Under the pieces are notes generated by a model. The model was not told the DNA's origin, searched no databases, and worked only from the letters and a program-made list of their open reading frames with translations. This document shows, piece by piece, positions 12,497 to 24,398 of a stretch of DNA of 52,707 bases (position 1 is its first letter; the number at the start of each line of letters is the position of its first letter). Both the position numbers and the translations under genes were made by a program. The stretch covers positions 1-52,707 of the forward strand of contig JBEGTT010000155.1 in the NCBI GenBank assembly GCA_041179245.1, written 5' to 3'. The DNA comes from Pseudomonadota bacterium. Lineage in GTDB: Bacteria; Pseudomonadota; Gammaproteobacteria; Burkholderiales; Rhodocyclaceae.

Positions 12497-14011
12497 CTTC
12501 TGTTTCAACAGGTCATTGACCTGTTGCGGATTGGCTTTACCCTTTGCAGCCTTCATCACCTGGCCTACCAGTGCGTTGAAGGCTTTTTCTTTACCGGCCT
12601 TGAACTCTGTGACGTTAGCGGCATTGGCAGACAGCACTTCATCAACAATCGCCTCAATCGCGCCGCTATCGGTTACCTGCTTAAGACCTCGCTCCACAAT
12701 AATTCGGTCTATCTCTTCTTCGGTTCCGCCATTTGTAATGAACCCGCTGGCCTCGGAGTGTGCCCATAGCTCTTCAAGCAGATTCTTGGCAGTCTTAGCA
12801 TTAATCAGATTTTCCCTTACCAAGCGAATCAAGTAGCCAACAACACCTCCACTAACACCTTCTGGTATCGCTACACTGGGGTTCCGTTCTGCACTAGAGT
12901 ACCAGCGGGGAAGGTATTCATTGATTACCCAATTCGCCGCGATTTTTGCGGTATCGCGGACATTTTCTCCTGAGATAGCAGCAGTTTGAGCTACTTCTTC
13001 GAAGACAAGTGGTGCCCGAGGGAATGGGGTTAAAGCATTTGCGTCCCCTTTGCTTAGACCATACACATTTACAAACTTGTCTTGCCATTCCTTCGGGAGT
13101 AGTCCGGTTTGATAAAACATGTCTTCTCTGACTTTGGCTTTCCATTCGTCGGAAATAATCAGCGGCAACAGATCTGGATCGGGGAAATAGCGATAATCGT
13201 GCGCGTCTTCCTTGCTCCGCATCATCTTGGTTTCGCCGGTGTCCGGGTTGAACAGCACGGTGGCTTGCTGAATCTTGCGACCTTCTTCAATTTCGTTAAT
13301 TTGCCATTGCACTTCGTAGTCGATGGCTTCTTTCAAGAAACGGAAGGAGTTCAAATTCTTGATTTCGCGGCGGGTGCCAAATTCAGCTTGGCCGAGGGGA
13401 CGAACCGAAACGTTGGCATCACAACGGAAAGAGCCTTCCTGCATATTGCCGTCACAGATGCCGATCCATTGCACTAAGGCATGCAGGGCTTTAGCGTAGG
13501 CAACCGCTTCGTCACTTGAACGCATGTCCGGTTCGGTCACAATTTCGAGTAATGGGGTGCCAGCGCGGTTCAAGTCGATGCCCGATTTGCCTTGGAAATC
13601 TTCGTGCAACGATTTGCCAGCGTCTTCTTCCAGATGGGCGCGGGTCAGGTTGATGGTCTTGCCGTAAGCTCTTTCTCCTGTTCCAACTTGAACGGAAATT
13701 GCCCCGCCCACCACGACGGGCAAATCCATCTGGCTGATCTGATAGCCTTTGGGTAAGTCAGGGTAGAAATAGTTTTTGCGGGCAAACACAGACTTTGGCG
13801 CGACATGGGCGCCAATGGCTAACCCGAAGCGAATCGCACATTCAGCGGCCTGTTTATTCAGTACCGGCAACACGCCCGGCAGGGCCAAATCTACGGCACA
13901 GGCTTGCGTATTGGGTTCGGCTCCAAAAGCGGTGGATGCACCCGAAAAAATCTTCGAAACGGTCGCCAATTGGGCGTGGGTTTCAATACCAATAACAACT
14001 TCCCAGCTCAC
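12485..14011 (-). CDS. gatB: Asp/Glu-tRNA amidotransferase subunit B
   Basis: 508 aa. N-terminal [16 protein letters not shown]-terminal [20 protein letters not shown]. Downstream of gatA. Confidence 0.95.
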   Translation of the reverse strand: MSWEVVIGIETHAQLATVSKIFSGASTAFGAEPNTQACAVDLALPGVLPVLNKQAAECAIRFGLAIGAHVAPKSVFARKNYFYPDLPKGYQISQMDLPVVVGGAISVQVGTGERAYGKTINLTRAHLEEDAGKSLHEDFQGKSGIDLNRAGTPLLEIVTEPDMRSSDEAVAYAKALHALVQWIGICDGNMQEGSFRCDANVSVRPLGQAEFGTRREIKNLNSFRFLKEAIDYEVQWQINEIEEGRKIQQATVLFNPDTGETKMMRSKEDAHDYRYFPDPDLLPLIISDEWKAKVREDMFYQTGLLPKEWQDKFVNVYGLSKGDANALTPFPRAPLVFEEVAQTAAISGENVRDTAKIAANWVINEYLPRWYSSAERNPSVAIPEGVSGGVVGYLIRLVRENLINAKTAKNLLEELWAHSEASGFITNGGTEEEIDRIIVERGLKQVTDSGAIEAIVDEVLSANAANVTEFKAGKEKAFNALVGQVMKAAKGKANPQQVNDLLKQKLSA

Positions 14012-14034
14012 GGTGAAATCCTTCTAAAAATGAG

Positions 14035-15510
14035 TTAGCCCAAATCTTGGGGCATTTGGGTATGCCAGCCAGCGACTTGTTGGTAGCGATGGGCGACGTT
14101 TAGCAACTGGCCTTCGGCGAAGTAATTGCCGACGAGCTGCAAGCCAATGGGCAGACCTTGGCCATCAAACCCGCAGGGAATCGACATGCCCGGCAGGCCG
14201 GCGAGGTTAACCGCGATGGTGTAAATGTCTGACAGGTACATTTGCACCGGGTCAGCCGATTTTTCACCCAGCTTGAACGCGGTGGATGGAGAAGTTGGCC
14301 CCATGATCACGTCGCATTGTTTAAAGGCTTCGGTGAAGTCATTGGCGATCAGGCGACGGATGCGCTGCGCTTGCAAGTAATAAGCATCGTAATAACCGTG
14401 GGACAACACATAGGCCCCGATTTGAATCCGACGTTTCACTTCGCCGCCAAACCCTTGCGCACGAGACTTGCGGTACATGTCGTCAAGGTTGCCGTATTCC
14501 GGGGCGCGGTAGCCGTAGCGAACCCCGTCAAAACGCGACAGGTTGGAACTGGCCTCTGCAGGGGCAATGACGTAGTACGCAGCTACCGAGAGGTGCGAAT
14601 TCGGTAGGCTGACTTCTACTGTTTCCGCGCCCAGCTTGCGGTATTCGTCCAAAGCGGCTTGAACTTTTGCCATTACTTCGGCATTGCAACCTTCTCCAAA
14701 AAATTCTTTCGGGAGGCCAATGCGTAAACCGCTTAGGGGTTTGTTGCCGGCGTCGGTATTGAGTTGAGTGGTGTAGTCCTCGACTGGGCGATCCAAGCTG
14801 GTTGAGTCGCGTTCGTCAAACCCCACCATGCTATTCAGGAGCAGCGCACAATCTTCGGCACTTTTGGCCATCGGGCCGGCTTGGTCGAGTGACGAAGCAA
14901 AGGCGATCATGCCGTAGCGGGAAACGACGCCGTAGGTGGGTTTCAGGCCGGTGAGGTTACACAGGGCTGCTGGTTGGCGAATAGAGCCGCCGGTGTCAGT
15001 GCCGGTTGCAGCGGGCGCCATGCGCGCAGCAATTACCGCTGCCGCGCCTCCCGAAGAGCCGCCGGGCACCCGTTGGCGATCCCAAGGGTTTTTCACCGGG
15101 CCGAAATAAGACGTTTCGTTGGAAGAACCCATGGCGAATTCATCCATATTCGTTTTGCCCAGCGACACCATGCCGTGCCGGCCTTCCATCTGCTCAATCA
15201 CATGGGCGCTGTAGGGAGAAACAAAATTGGACAACATCTTCGAGCCGCAGGTGGTTAACCAGCCTTCGGTACAGAAAATATCCTTTTGAGCAATCGGAAT
15301 ACCGGTTAGCAAACCACCAGTCCCGGACGCAAGGCGAGCATCAGCCGCTTTAGCCGCAGCCAGCGTTTTTTCGGGATTGAGGGTGATATAGGCATTGATC
15401 TCAGGATTCAGTTTTTGGCTGCGACCCAGAAAAAGTTGGGTTAATTCAATGCTGGAAATCGTTTTGTTCGCAAGTGCCTGCGAGAGGGCTTTGAGGCTGC
15501 TGTTAATCAT
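14035..15510 (-). CDS. gatA: Asp/Glu-tRNA amidotransferase subunit A
   Basis: 491 aa. Amidase signature region with GGSSGGAAA and [12 protein letters not shown]. Confidence 0.95.
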   Translation of the reverse strand: MINSSLKALSQALANKTISSIELTQLFLGRSQKLNPEINAYITLNPEKTLAAAKAADARLASGTGGLLTGIPIAQKDIFCTEGWLTTCGSKMLSNFVSPYSAHVIEQMEGRHGMVSLGKTNMDEFAMGSSNETSYFGPVKNPWDRQRVPGGSSGGAAAVIAARMAPAATGTDTGGSIRQPAALCNLTGLKPTYGVVSRYGMIAFASSLDQAGPMAKSAEDCALLLNSMVGFDERDSTSLDRPVEDYTTQLNTDAGNKPLSGLRIGLPKEFFGEGCNAEVMAKVQAALDEYRKLGAETVEVSLPNSHLSVAAYYVIAPAEASSNLSRFDGVRYGYRAPEYGNLDDMYRKSRAQGFGGEVKRRIQIGAYVLSHGYYDAYYLQAQRIRRLIANDFTEAFKQCDVIMGPTSPSTAFKLGEKSADPVQMYLSDIYTIAVNLAGLPGMSIPCGFDGQGLPIGLQLVGNYFAEGQLLNVAHRYQQVAGWHTQMPQDLG

Positions 15511-15794
15511 TCGATCACCTTTGGAACCAGATAAAGACCGGCTTCAACTTCTGGCGCGACAGCCTGAAAAGCCTCGCGGCGATTAGTTTCAGTTACGGCA
15601 TCAACCCGTAATCGTTGCGCCAGATCTTGAGCGTGGGCCATGGGTTCGATCCCCGTGGTATCCACCGCCTGCATCTGTTCGATGAGCATAAAAATATTAT
15701 TGAGTTGGTTTTGAGTGGCCAGGGCTTCCTGGTCGCTAATTTCAATACGGGCAAGCTCCGCCACGCGTTGAACCTGTTCGAGCGTAAGTGACAT
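15507..15794 (-). CDS. gatC: Asp/Glu-tRNA amidotransferase subunit C
   Basis: Trimmed to the internal ATG ([19 protein letters not shown]...), giving 95 aa. 4-nt overlap with gatA. Confidence 0.9.
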   Translation of the reverse strand: MSLTLEQVQRVAELARIEISDQEALATQNQLNNIFMLIEQMQAVDTTGIEPMAHAQDLAQRLRVDAVTETNRREAFQAVAPEVEAGLYLVPKVIE

Positions 15795-15893
15795 GGGTGA
15801 AAATAATCCTGAAATTGAGGCCGGCTGGGCTTTTTGCTTGAGCTCGTCAAAAATGCTGCATAGCAATAAGCTGTGAACCGAGTGCCTAGATAA

Positions 15894-16991
<1,098 letters not shown>

Positions 16992-17046
16992 GATGAACCG
17001 GTTTTTCGCTAAGGGTGATGTGGTCGTTAATGGTTGATTGGTACTA

Positions 17047-17946
17047 ATGGCTGGCATAGACCACGCACCTCCCCCATTTTTCAAGCGTGGGCCAGCACCG
17101 CTGGCCCTCCTTATTTTTTACTGTGCGCTTTCTTTAGCGCTGGTCGTTCTTGATCTAAAATTTCACAGCCTTGAAGTTTTGCGCCAAATTGCCCAAACGC
17201 TGGTTTACCCGGTTCAACGGCTGGCCCAAAGTCCAGCTGCGGTACTGGGAGGTTTCAGTGATTACATCGTTAGCGTCAAAACGTTGCAGGCTGAAAACGA
17301 GAGTCTGCATCAGCGAGAACTTGAGGTTGCAGCCAGTAACTTGCGGGTAGCTTCCCTAGAAGCTGAGAACGCCCGGTTGCGCCAGTTGTTGGATCTGCAA
17401 GAACGAGAGAAGGGTCGCGGTGTTGTGGCGACGATTCTGTATGCTGCCCGAGATCCATTTTCCCGGAAAATCGTTGTTGATCGGGGCTTGGAAAATGACA
17501 TTACCCCTGGTTTGCCAGTCATTTCTGAACAAGGGGTGATTGGTCAAGTCACCCGAGTATTTCCATTTGGTTCCGAAGTCACGTTGGTCACGGATAAGAA
17601 TCAGGTTGTTCCCGTCAAGGTTCTACGGACAGGTCAGCGTTCGGTTGTTTTTGGTTTGGGAAATGGCCAGTTGGAATTACGTTATCTCCCTTCCAATGTT
17701 GATGTGGTTGAGGGTGACATGCTGGTAACCTCCGGGATTGATGGGGTTTATCTTGGGGGTTTCCCAGTGGCACGGGTTGAACGGATTGAGCGTGAAACTG
17801 CCTATGCTTTTGCCCGGATTATTTGTACCCCGGTCACGGGAGCAGAAAGCCACGGTGAGGTGGTCATTCTCCGTCCGCGTATCAAATTGGCAGAACGCCC
17901 ACCTGAGCCTACGCCGATAACCCCCAAATCCCGCCGACATCGATAA
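17047..17946 (+). CDS. mreC: Rod-shape-determining protein MreC
   Basis: Position after mreB. N-terminal TM segment, a coiled-coil (LQAENESLHQRELE...LEAENARLRQLL) and a beta-rich C-domain. ATG at 17047 preferred over TTG at 17038. Confidence 0.9.
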   Translation: MAGIDHAPPPFFKRGPAPLALLIFYCALSLALVVLDLKFHSLEVLRQIAQTLVYPVQRLAQSPAAVLGGFSDYIVSVKTLQAENESLHQRELEVAASNLRVASLEAENARLRQLLDLQEREKGRGVVATILYAARDPFSRKIVVDRGLENDITPGLPVISEQGVIGQVTRVFPFGSEVTLVTDKNQVVPVKVLRTGQRSVVFGLGNGQLELRYLPSNVDVVEGDMLVTSGIDGVYLGGFPVARVERIERETAYAFARIICTPVTGAESHGEVVILRPRIKLAERPPEPTPITPKSRRHR

Positions 17947-17964
17947 TCACGAATCACAATAACC

Positions 17965-18486
17965 ATGCAGATTCACAATCGTTCCGAGCAAATTCTACGG
18001 CCAGCCCAGTTGATGTATGTCTGGTTCAGCCTGCTGCTAGCGTTGTTGTTCAATTTTCTCTCCCCAAGTCAGTGGCCGATCATGCCGGATTGGGTAGCCC
18101 TGATTTTGTGTATCTGGACAATCCGGGAGTCTCGGCTGGTTGGGATGTCTTGGGCTTTTGTGCTGGGTATTCTGATGGATGTGGCTGATGCAGCAGTGCT
18201 TGGTCAGCACGCATTGGCCTATGTGCTTCTGACTTTTGGTGCCGCAGTTGTTTCCCGCCGGGTTCAATGGTTTCCGCTGACTCAGCAAGGGCTTCACGTT
18301 CTTCCGCTGTTGATTTTGGTGCCTTTGGTTCAGGCGATTGTCCGCTCCATTGCGGGTGATGATTTCCCCCATTGGAGCTATTTTATTTCTCCATTTATCA
18401 GCAGCTTGTTATGGATGCCGGCAACAATCCTGCTGCTCTTGCCGCAATTACGCCCGCACGAGCGGGACGAAACGCGCCCGATTTGA
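17965..18486 (+). CDS. mreD: Rod-shape-determining protein MreD
   Basis: 173-aa polytopic hydrophobic protein directly after mreC. Confidence 0.85.
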   Translation: MQIHNRSEQILRPAQLMYVWFSLLLALLFNFLSPSQWPIMPDWVALILCIWTIRESRLVGMSWAFVLGILMDVADAAVLGQHALAYVLLTFGAAVVSRRVQWFPLTQQGLHVLPLLILVPLVQAIVRSIAGDDFPHWSYFISPFISSLLWMPATILLLLPQLRPHERDETRPI

Positions 18487-18516
18487 TGTATTTCTATCCG
18501 AGCTGCATTTGTTGCC

Positions 18517-20433
18517 ATGGGTGAGTTCCATAATCCCGATAGTGACCACGAGCTTTTCCGGCGTCGCCTCAGTGCAGCGGCCTTGCTGGTACTGTTTTGT
18601 TTTTTGATTCTGACCGGGCGATTTCTCTATCTTCAGGTGATTCAGCACGGTTATTACACGACGCGCGCTGAAGAAAATCGAATATCGCTGGTCCCCATTA
18701 TTCCTAATCGTGGCGTTATTACTGACCGTAATGGCGTGATATTGGCCCGGAATTATTCCGCCTTTACGCTGGAAATTACGCCAAGTCAGATTGAGGATCT
18801 GGAAGAAACGATCAATCAGTTGGCAGAGATCATTGATATTCAGGCTAAAGATCGTAAGCGTTTTAAGCGGATTATTCAGGATGCGAAGAACTTTGAGTCC
18901 ATTCCTATCCGCGCTCGTTTGACCGAAGAAGAAGTTGCACGTTTTGCCGCGAATCGTTACCGATTCCCCGGTGTGGAAGTGCAGGCCCGATTATTCCGCC
19001 AATATCCCCATAGCTCTCTGGCGTCCCATGCGCTGGGTTATATCGGTCGGATAAATGATAAAGATGTGACTTGGTTGGCGGATCAGGCCAAGACGCTGGC
19101 TTATAAAGGGACGGACTACATTGGCAAAACTGGCTTGGAACAGTCCTACGAATTTGAATTACATGGGCAAACGGGCTACGAAGAAGTCGAAATTGACGCG
19201 GGCGGTCGTGCTATTCGGTCGTTAAACCGTCGGCCGCCTATTTCAGGCAACAATCTGACGCTGACCATTGATGCCACGCTACAGGCCATTACCGAAAAGG
19301 CGTTTGGTGAACGTCGGGGCGCGCTGGTCGCTATTGAGCCATCTACCGGTGGGGTTTTAGCGCTGGTTTCTATGCCGACCTATGATCCCAATATGTTTGT
19401 CGACGGAATTTCAGTGGATAACTGGAAAGACCTAAACGACTCGGGTGATAAACCGATGCTGAATCGGGCGCTGAATGGTGCCTACCCCCCGGGTTCAACC
19501 TTCAAACCATTCATGGCGCTTGCCGCACTGGAATTGGGAAAAAGGACACCCGCTCAGACCATCAATGACCCCGGTTATTACAACTTTGGTAATCATCAGT
19601 TTCGGGATGACAAAAAGGGTGGCCATGGAACAGTTAACATGCACAAGTCGATTGTCGACTCCTGTGATACCTACTACTACATGTTGGCGAATGACTTGGG
19701 GATTGAAGCGATTGCCAAGTTTATGGGTGAATTGGGTTTAGGGCAGCGTACCGGTATTGATATTCAGGGTGAGTCAGAGGGTGTGCTGCCATCACCAGCT
19801 TGGAAGCAAAAGCGTTTCAAAAAACCTGAGCAGCAAAAATGGTACGCCGGCGAAACCATTTCTATCGGTATTGGCCAAGGCTACAACGCCTACACCCCGA
19901 TCCAGCTTGCTCAAGCGGTTGCGACGATTGCCAATAATGGGGTGATGTTCCGTCCACACTTGGTCAGTTATGTCACCGATGCGAAAACAGGGGAGAAGCG
20001 TTTTATCGAACCTCAGCCGACCAAAACCTTGCCATTCAAACCCCAGAATATCGATGTGATTAAGCGAGCCATGGTCGATGTCAATAAAACGGGGACGGGT
20101 GCCCGAGCATTTGCTGGGGCTGCATACGAAGCTGCGGGGAAAACGGGAACGGCTCAGGTTTTCTCTTTAAAAGGCTCTGATTACAAGGCCGGAGCGATCA
20201 AACAAAATCTGCGCGACCATGCACTTTTTATTGCGTTTGCTCCGGTAGAGCAACCCAAAATTGCGGTCGCCATCTTAGTTGAAAACGGTGGGTTTGGAGC
20301 CCAGTCAGCAGCGCCGATTGCTCGAATGATCTTTGACTATTATTTGCTGGGTAAAGTCCCTGAAGGGGCAGCTCTTGAGGATTCGGCCGCTATCGAGGCG
20401 GATACCGATCCAGCCGATTCTGGGGGGCAATAA
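18517..20433 (+). CDS. mrdA: Penicillin-binding protein 2 (elongasome transpeptidase)
   Basis: 638 aa. SxxK (GSTFKP) and KTGT (AGKTGTAQV) motifs. Lies between mreD and rodA. Confidence 0.95.
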   Translation: MGEFHNPDSDHELFRRRLSAAALLVLFCFLILTGRFLYLQVIQHGYYTTRAEENRISLVPIIPNRGVITDRNGVILARNYSAFTLEITPSQIEDLEETINQLAEIIDIQAKDRKRFKRIIQDAKNFESIPIRARLTEEEVARFAANRYRFPGVEVQARLFRQYPHSSLASHALGYIGRINDKDVTWLADQAKTLAYKGTDYIGKTGLEQSYEFELHGQTGYEEVEIDAGGRAIRSLNRRPPISGNNLTLTIDATLQAITEKAFGERRGALVAIEPSTGGVLALVSMPTYDPNMFVDGISVDNWKDLNDSGDKPMLNRALNGAYPPGSTFKPFMALAALELGKRTPAQTINDPGYYNFGNHQFRDDKKGGHGTVNMHKSIVDSCDTYYYMLANDLGIEAIAKFMGELGLGQRTGIDIQGESEGVLPSPAWKQKRFKKPEQQKWYAGETISIGIGQGYNAYTPIQLAQAVATIANNGVMFRPHLVSYVTDAKTGEKRFIEPQPTKTLPFKPQNIDVIKRAMVDVNKTGTGARAFAGAAYEAAGKTGTAQVFSLKGSDYKAGAIKQNLRDHALFIAFAPVEQPKIAVAILVENGGFGAQSAAPIARMIFDYYLLGKVPEGAALEDSAAIEADTDPADSGGQ

Positions 20434-21548
20434 TGAATTTTGCTGAGTTATTGGCCTCTTGGCGTCGCCGCTTATTTGTGCACATTGATCCACCGCTTCT
20501 GTTGATTACTTTAGGCATTATGGCGGTAGGCTTGATGACCGTATTTTCGGCCACTTATGTAGGTGGCTACGGTAGCAAGGCTTCTGGGCAATTTATCAAT
20601 ATGCTGGTGGCGATGGTCATTATGTGGACGGTGGCCCGTATTCCACCGCATAAGCTAATGTCACTCGCTGTTCCACTTTACGTTGTAGGGATCTTTCTGC
20701 TGATATTGGTGTTTTTGTTTGGGGTTAAGGTTAATGGTGCGCGACGTTGGTTATCGTTGGGCTTTACCCGGATTCAACCTTCTGAACTGATGAAGCTGGC
20801 TGTCCCACTCACCTTGGCGTGGTATTTCCATATTCAGGAAAACCGCCGAGGTTTGATTCACTACCTGATTGCGGCACTGCTACTGTTAGTACCGTTTGCG
20901 TTAATCGCCAAACAGCCTGATTTGGGAACTGCATTGCTGGTGGGTGCCGCTGGGTTTTATGTCATTTTTCTGGCTGGTTTGCCTTGGAAGATTATTATCG
21001 GTTTAGTTGTTGCCGGCGCGTCGGCCATGCCTTTCCTGTGGGGAATGTTGCACGACTATCAGAAGAAGCGGATTTTGACCTTGATTGACCCCTCAACCGA
21101 CCCATTAGGTTCTGGGTACCACATCATTCAATCCACCATTGCGATTGGTTCTGGCGGATTTTTTGGTAAAGGCTGGCTCAATGGCACACAAACCCACCTG
21201 GAATTCATTCCTGAGAAGCACACTGACTTTATTTTTGCGGTGTTCTCCGAAGAATGGGGAATGTTGGGGAATCTTGTGCTGACCGTGCTTTATACCTTGC
21301 TGATAGGCCGAAGCATGATGATTGCCGTTGCAGCCTCAACGGTTTTCTCCCGTTTAATGGCCGGTAGCATGGCCCTGATGTTCTTCACCTATGCCTTTGT
21401 GAATATGGGCATGGTCTCTGGCATTTTGCCGGTGGTGGGTGTGCCGTTACCATTTATGTCCTATGGCGGAACCGCCTTGGTGACCTTGTTCTTTGGGGTG
21501 GGTGTTTTGATGAGCATTCATACCCACCGTCTATTGGTGAAACGTTAA
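20433..21548 (+). CDS. rodA: SEDS glycosyltransferase RodA
   Basis: 371-aa polytopic membrane protein. TAATG junctions with both mrdA and rlpA. SEDS-type C-terminus (PLPFMSYGGTA). Confidence 0.95.
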   Translation: MNFAELLASWRRRLFVHIDPPLLLITLGIMAVGLMTVFSATYVGGYGSKASGQFINMLVAMVIMWTVARIPPHKLMSLAVPLYVVGIFLLILVFLFGVKVNGARRWLSLGFTRIQPSELMKLAVPLTLAWYFHIQENRRGLIHYLIAALLLLVPFALIAKQPDLGTALLVGAAGFYVIFLAGLPWKIIIGLVVAGASAMPFLWGMLHDYQKKRILTLIDPSTDPLGSGYHIIQSTIAIGSGGFFGKGWLNGTQTHLEFIPEKHTDFIFAVFSEEWGMLGNLVLTVLYTLLIGRSMMIAVAASTVFSRLMAGSMALMFFTYAFVNMGMVSGILPVVGVPLPFMSYGGTALVTLFFGVGVLMSIHTHRLLVKR

Positions 21549-22492
21549 TGAATAAGCGTTTCTCGGTAGCCTTATCTACGTTAGCAGCTTGCGTGTTAGC
21601 GGCTTGCGGTAGTCAGACCGTTGCACCTGTTAGCGGCGGTCCGGATGCAGCTAGAGCAGGAGCGGCTTCCTCGTCAGCAACCCGTAAAACGATACCGGCT
21701 AAAAAAGGTGGGGGTTATTACAAGGACGATGGCCCAGGGGATGAAATCCCGGTAAATCTGGACGATATTCCTGATGCCGTTCCTAAATGGGAACCGCTAC
21801 ATAAGCCTGCATTAAAACCCTATAACGTTTTGGGCAAGGACTATCAGCCACTGACTTCCTTGCAGCCTTTTCGTCAACGAGGGTTGGCGAGTTGGTATGG
21901 CAAAAAATTCCACGGTCAAAAAACGTCTAATGGTGAGATTTACGACATGTTTGGGATGACTGCCGCCCATACAACGCTACCAATACCTTCTTATGTCAAA
22001 GTAACGCACCTATCGAGCGGGCGTAGTGTGGTGGTGCGCGTCAATGACCGCGGCCCGTTTCACGCAGGGCGCATCATCGACCTATCCTATACGGCAGCTC
22101 ACAAGCTCGGTTACATCGGTAATGGCAGTAGTGAAGTCGATATTGAGGTCATTATTCCCGGCACCAGTTATGCCAGCACGGGTGTACCGCCTACCCGCCC
22201 TGTTTCCTTGCCACCAGTGGTGGCACAAGTGCCAGATACTTCCATTGACCAGACATTCCCTGCTGGGGTTTACCTTCAGTTTGGGGCGTTTGCTAACCGG
22301 GATAATGCGGACAACCTAAGAAATCACCTATCGCAAGAAATGGAGTGGTCGTCTCAACCTATCCGAATCGCTTCGGTGAGCAATCTCCACAAGTTACAGA
22401 TGGGTCCTTTCACCACGCGCGCGCAGGCAGAAGAAGCGGCACAACGGGTTCAGCGGGAGTTTGGCAACAAACCATTCTTTGTATTCCGCTGA
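21548..22492 (+). CDS. rlpA: Septal-ring lytic transglycosylase RlpA (lipoprotein with SPOR domain)
   Basis: Lipobox LAAC. DPBB region ASWYGKKFHGQKTSNGEIYDM...VVVRVNDRGPF. C-terminal SPOR-like YLQFGAFANRDNADNL. Confidence 0.92.
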   Translation: MNKRFSVALSTLAACVLAACGSQTVAPVSGGPDAARAGAASSSATRKTIPAKKGGGYYKDDGPGDEIPVNLDDIPDAVPKWEPLHKPALKPYNVLGKDYQPLTSLQPFRQRGLASWYGKKFHGQKTSNGEIYDMFGMTAAHTTLPIPSYVKVTHLSSGRSVVVRVNDRGPFHAGRIIDLSYTAAHKLGYIGNGSSEVDIEVIIPGTSYASTGVPPTRPVSLPPVVAQVPDTSIDQTFPAGVYLQFGAFANRDNADNLRNHLSQEMEWSSQPIRIASVSNLHKLQMGPFTTRAQAEEAAQRVQREFGNKPFFVFR

Positions 22493-22502
22493 TTAGGAAT
22501 GT

Positions 22503-22539
22503 AAAAAAGGACACGGCCAATAAGCACCGCGTCCTTTTT
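22503..22539. terminator. Bidirectional Rho-independent terminator between convergent rlpA and phaC
   Basis: AAAAAAGGACACGG-loop-CCGCGTCCTTTTT: an 8-bp GC-rich stem with one mismatch, flanked by an A-run and a T-run. Confidence 0.6.
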
Positions 22540-22560
22540 AATAAGCAAATTACCTAAAGA

Positions 22561-24384
22561 TTACTTGGCTTCTTTTTTCTGGGTATCCAGACGGAACTTA
22601 ACGTAAGAGCCGGGTGCATCCTCAATAATCGGGGTGCCATCTGCGCCAGGAACCCGAGCAGGAACCTTTTTGTCGCCGTTGGTCGCCCAAGCACTCCAAT
22701 GCGTCCACCAAGAACCAGGATTCTGCGTTGCACCAGAGAGGAATTCTTCTGGATCTTCAGGCAGATTGCCATCGGTCGCATCATTGGTCCAGTAGCCATA
22801 TTTGTTGGCTGCTGGTGGGTTGACGATACCAGCAATGTGCCCTGAGCCACCAAGCACAAACTTGGTTGGGCCTGAAGGCAGGCGAGCACCCATATAGGTG
22901 CTCTTCCAAGGCGCGATGTGGTCTTCAATCGTTGAGATGAAGTAACAAGGAGTCTTGACCTTGGTGATGTCAATTGGCACACCGCCTAGGGTAATCCCGC
23001 CAGCATCCTTGAGCTTGTTGTCCAGATACATGTTGCGCAGATAGAAACTATGCATCGCCGCTGGCATGCGGGTGGAGTCACTGTTCCAGTAGAGCAAGTC
23101 GAACGGGAAGGGTTGTTTACCCATCAGGTAGTTGTTCACCACAAATGACCAGATCAGATCATTGGCACGCAGCATATTGAAGGTGGTGGCCATTTCTGAG
23201 CCTTCAAGGTAACCCTTTTCCTTCATCCGTTCTTCGATACCAGCAACCGCATCAGGGTCTAGGAAAATTCCCAGCTCGCCCGGTTCAGCAAAATTCAGCA
23301 TCGTGGTGAAGAAAATAGCTGAATGAACGCGCTTATCTTTCTTGGCGGCCATGTAGGACAAGGTACTCATCAGCAACGTCCCACCAAGGCAGTAACCCGC
23401 CATATTGATGGATTTTTCACCGGTAATCTTTTCGACTTGATTCACCGCTTCCAGCGCGCCGGACAGCATGTAGTCTTCAAAATTCTTATTGGCCATCGTT
23501 TCGTCAGGGTTGATCCAAGACATGATGAACGTGGTGTGACCTTGGTCAGTTGCCCACTTAACCATGGAATTTTTCTCGCGCAGATCAAGGATGTAATACT
23601 TGTTAATCCAAGGTGGCACGATCAGGAAGGGGCGTTTATGTTGCTCTTCGGTGGTCGGGGAATACTGAATCAGCTGGAATAGTTCATTCTGGAAAACAAC
23701 CTTGCCCGGTGTGGTGGCTACGTTCTTGCCCATTTCAAAGGCAGAGGTATCAGTCATGCGGATGCGCAGTTGACCGTCACCATTCTCAACGTCTTGCAAC
23801 AGGTTATCGAGACCCTTAATCAGATTTTGACCGTGGCTCTTTACCGTTTCACGGAAAACTTCTGGATTAGTCAGGGCAAAGTTGGAGGGAGACAGCGCGT
23901 CAATGTATTGGCGGGTGAAGAAGTTCACCTTTTGCTGTGCACTTTCATCCAAGCCATCAACATCAGAAACAGTATCGTGAATGTGGCGTGCTGCGACTAG
24001 GTAACTTTGTTTAACGAAATCGAATAGGAAGTGCTGCTCCCAGTCTTCATCTTTGAAGCGGTTATCCCCTTTTTTCGGGGCCGCTACGCTATGGGCCGGC
24101 ATCCCCAGCATCTTCATGGTGGAGTTTTGCCACAGAGAGAAGTAATCCCACATGAAATTCATCTGGGCTTGAGCTAATTTGTAGGGGTTAGCCAGCAGGC
24201 GAGCTGACATGTCCATAAATGCACGGGCTACACCGAGTTCATCGGATGGGGCGGAAAAACCAGAAGCACTTTGTTTTTCCATAAACTGATTGATGATGCG
24301 AGCGGCGCGTTGAGCGACATCAGCGTAAGTTTTTGCCAGTTCGGCGGGGTTGGGCAGAGCATTTTGCTCAGGAGCTTGCGACAT
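22561..24384 (-). CDS. phaC: Class I poly(3-hydroxyalkanoate) synthase
   Basis: 607 aa. Lipase-box variant GYCLGG with the catalytic Cys. Typical PhaC N-domain and alpha/beta-hydrolase core. Confidence 0.92.
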   Translation of the reverse strand: MSQAPEQNALPNPAELAKTYADVAQRAARIINQFMEKQSASGFSAPSDELGVARAFMDMSARLLANPYKLAQAQMNFMWDYFSLWQNSTMKMLGMPAHSVAAPKKGDNRFKDEDWEQHFLFDFVKQSYLVAARHIHDTVSDVDGLDESAQQKVNFFTRQYIDALSPSNFALTNPEVFRETVKSHGQNLIKGLDNLLQDVENGDGQLRIRMTDTSAFEMGKNVATTPGKVVFQNELFQLIQYSPTTEEQHKRPFLIVPPWINKYYILDLREKNSMVKWATDQGHTTFIMSWINPDETMANKNFEDYMLSGALEAVNQVEKITGEKSINMAGYCLGGTLLMSTLSYMAAKKDKRVHSAIFFTTMLNFAEPGELGIFLDPDAVAGIEERMKEKGYLEGSEMATTFNMLRANDLIWSFVVNNYLMGKQPFPFDLLYWNSDSTRMPAAMHSFYLRNMYLDNKLKDAGGITLGGVPIDITKVKTPCYFISTIEDHIAPWKSTYMGARLPSGPTKFVLGGSGHIAGIVNPPAANKYGYWTNDATDGNLPEDPEEFLSGATQNPGSWWTHWSAWATNGDKKVPARVPGADGTPIIEDAPGSYVKFRLDTQKKEAK

Positions 24385-24398
24385 TAAAATTCCCTTTC

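Noticed and set aside
12485-14011. GatB length (508 aa versus roughly 475-490) as a sign of an inserted domain or intein.
   Set aside because: The extra residues are spread as short insertions in the helical/tail region (around [11 protein letters not shown]...[17 protein letters not shown]). There are no intein splice motifs and no discrete extra domain.
22554-22982. 142-aa ORF overlapping the 3' end of phaC on the same strand, in another frame.
   Set aside because: The phaC frame is continuous and carries conserved PhaC C-terminal features. The alternative frame is Arg/Leu/Ser-rich with no motif. There is no evidence of frameshifting.
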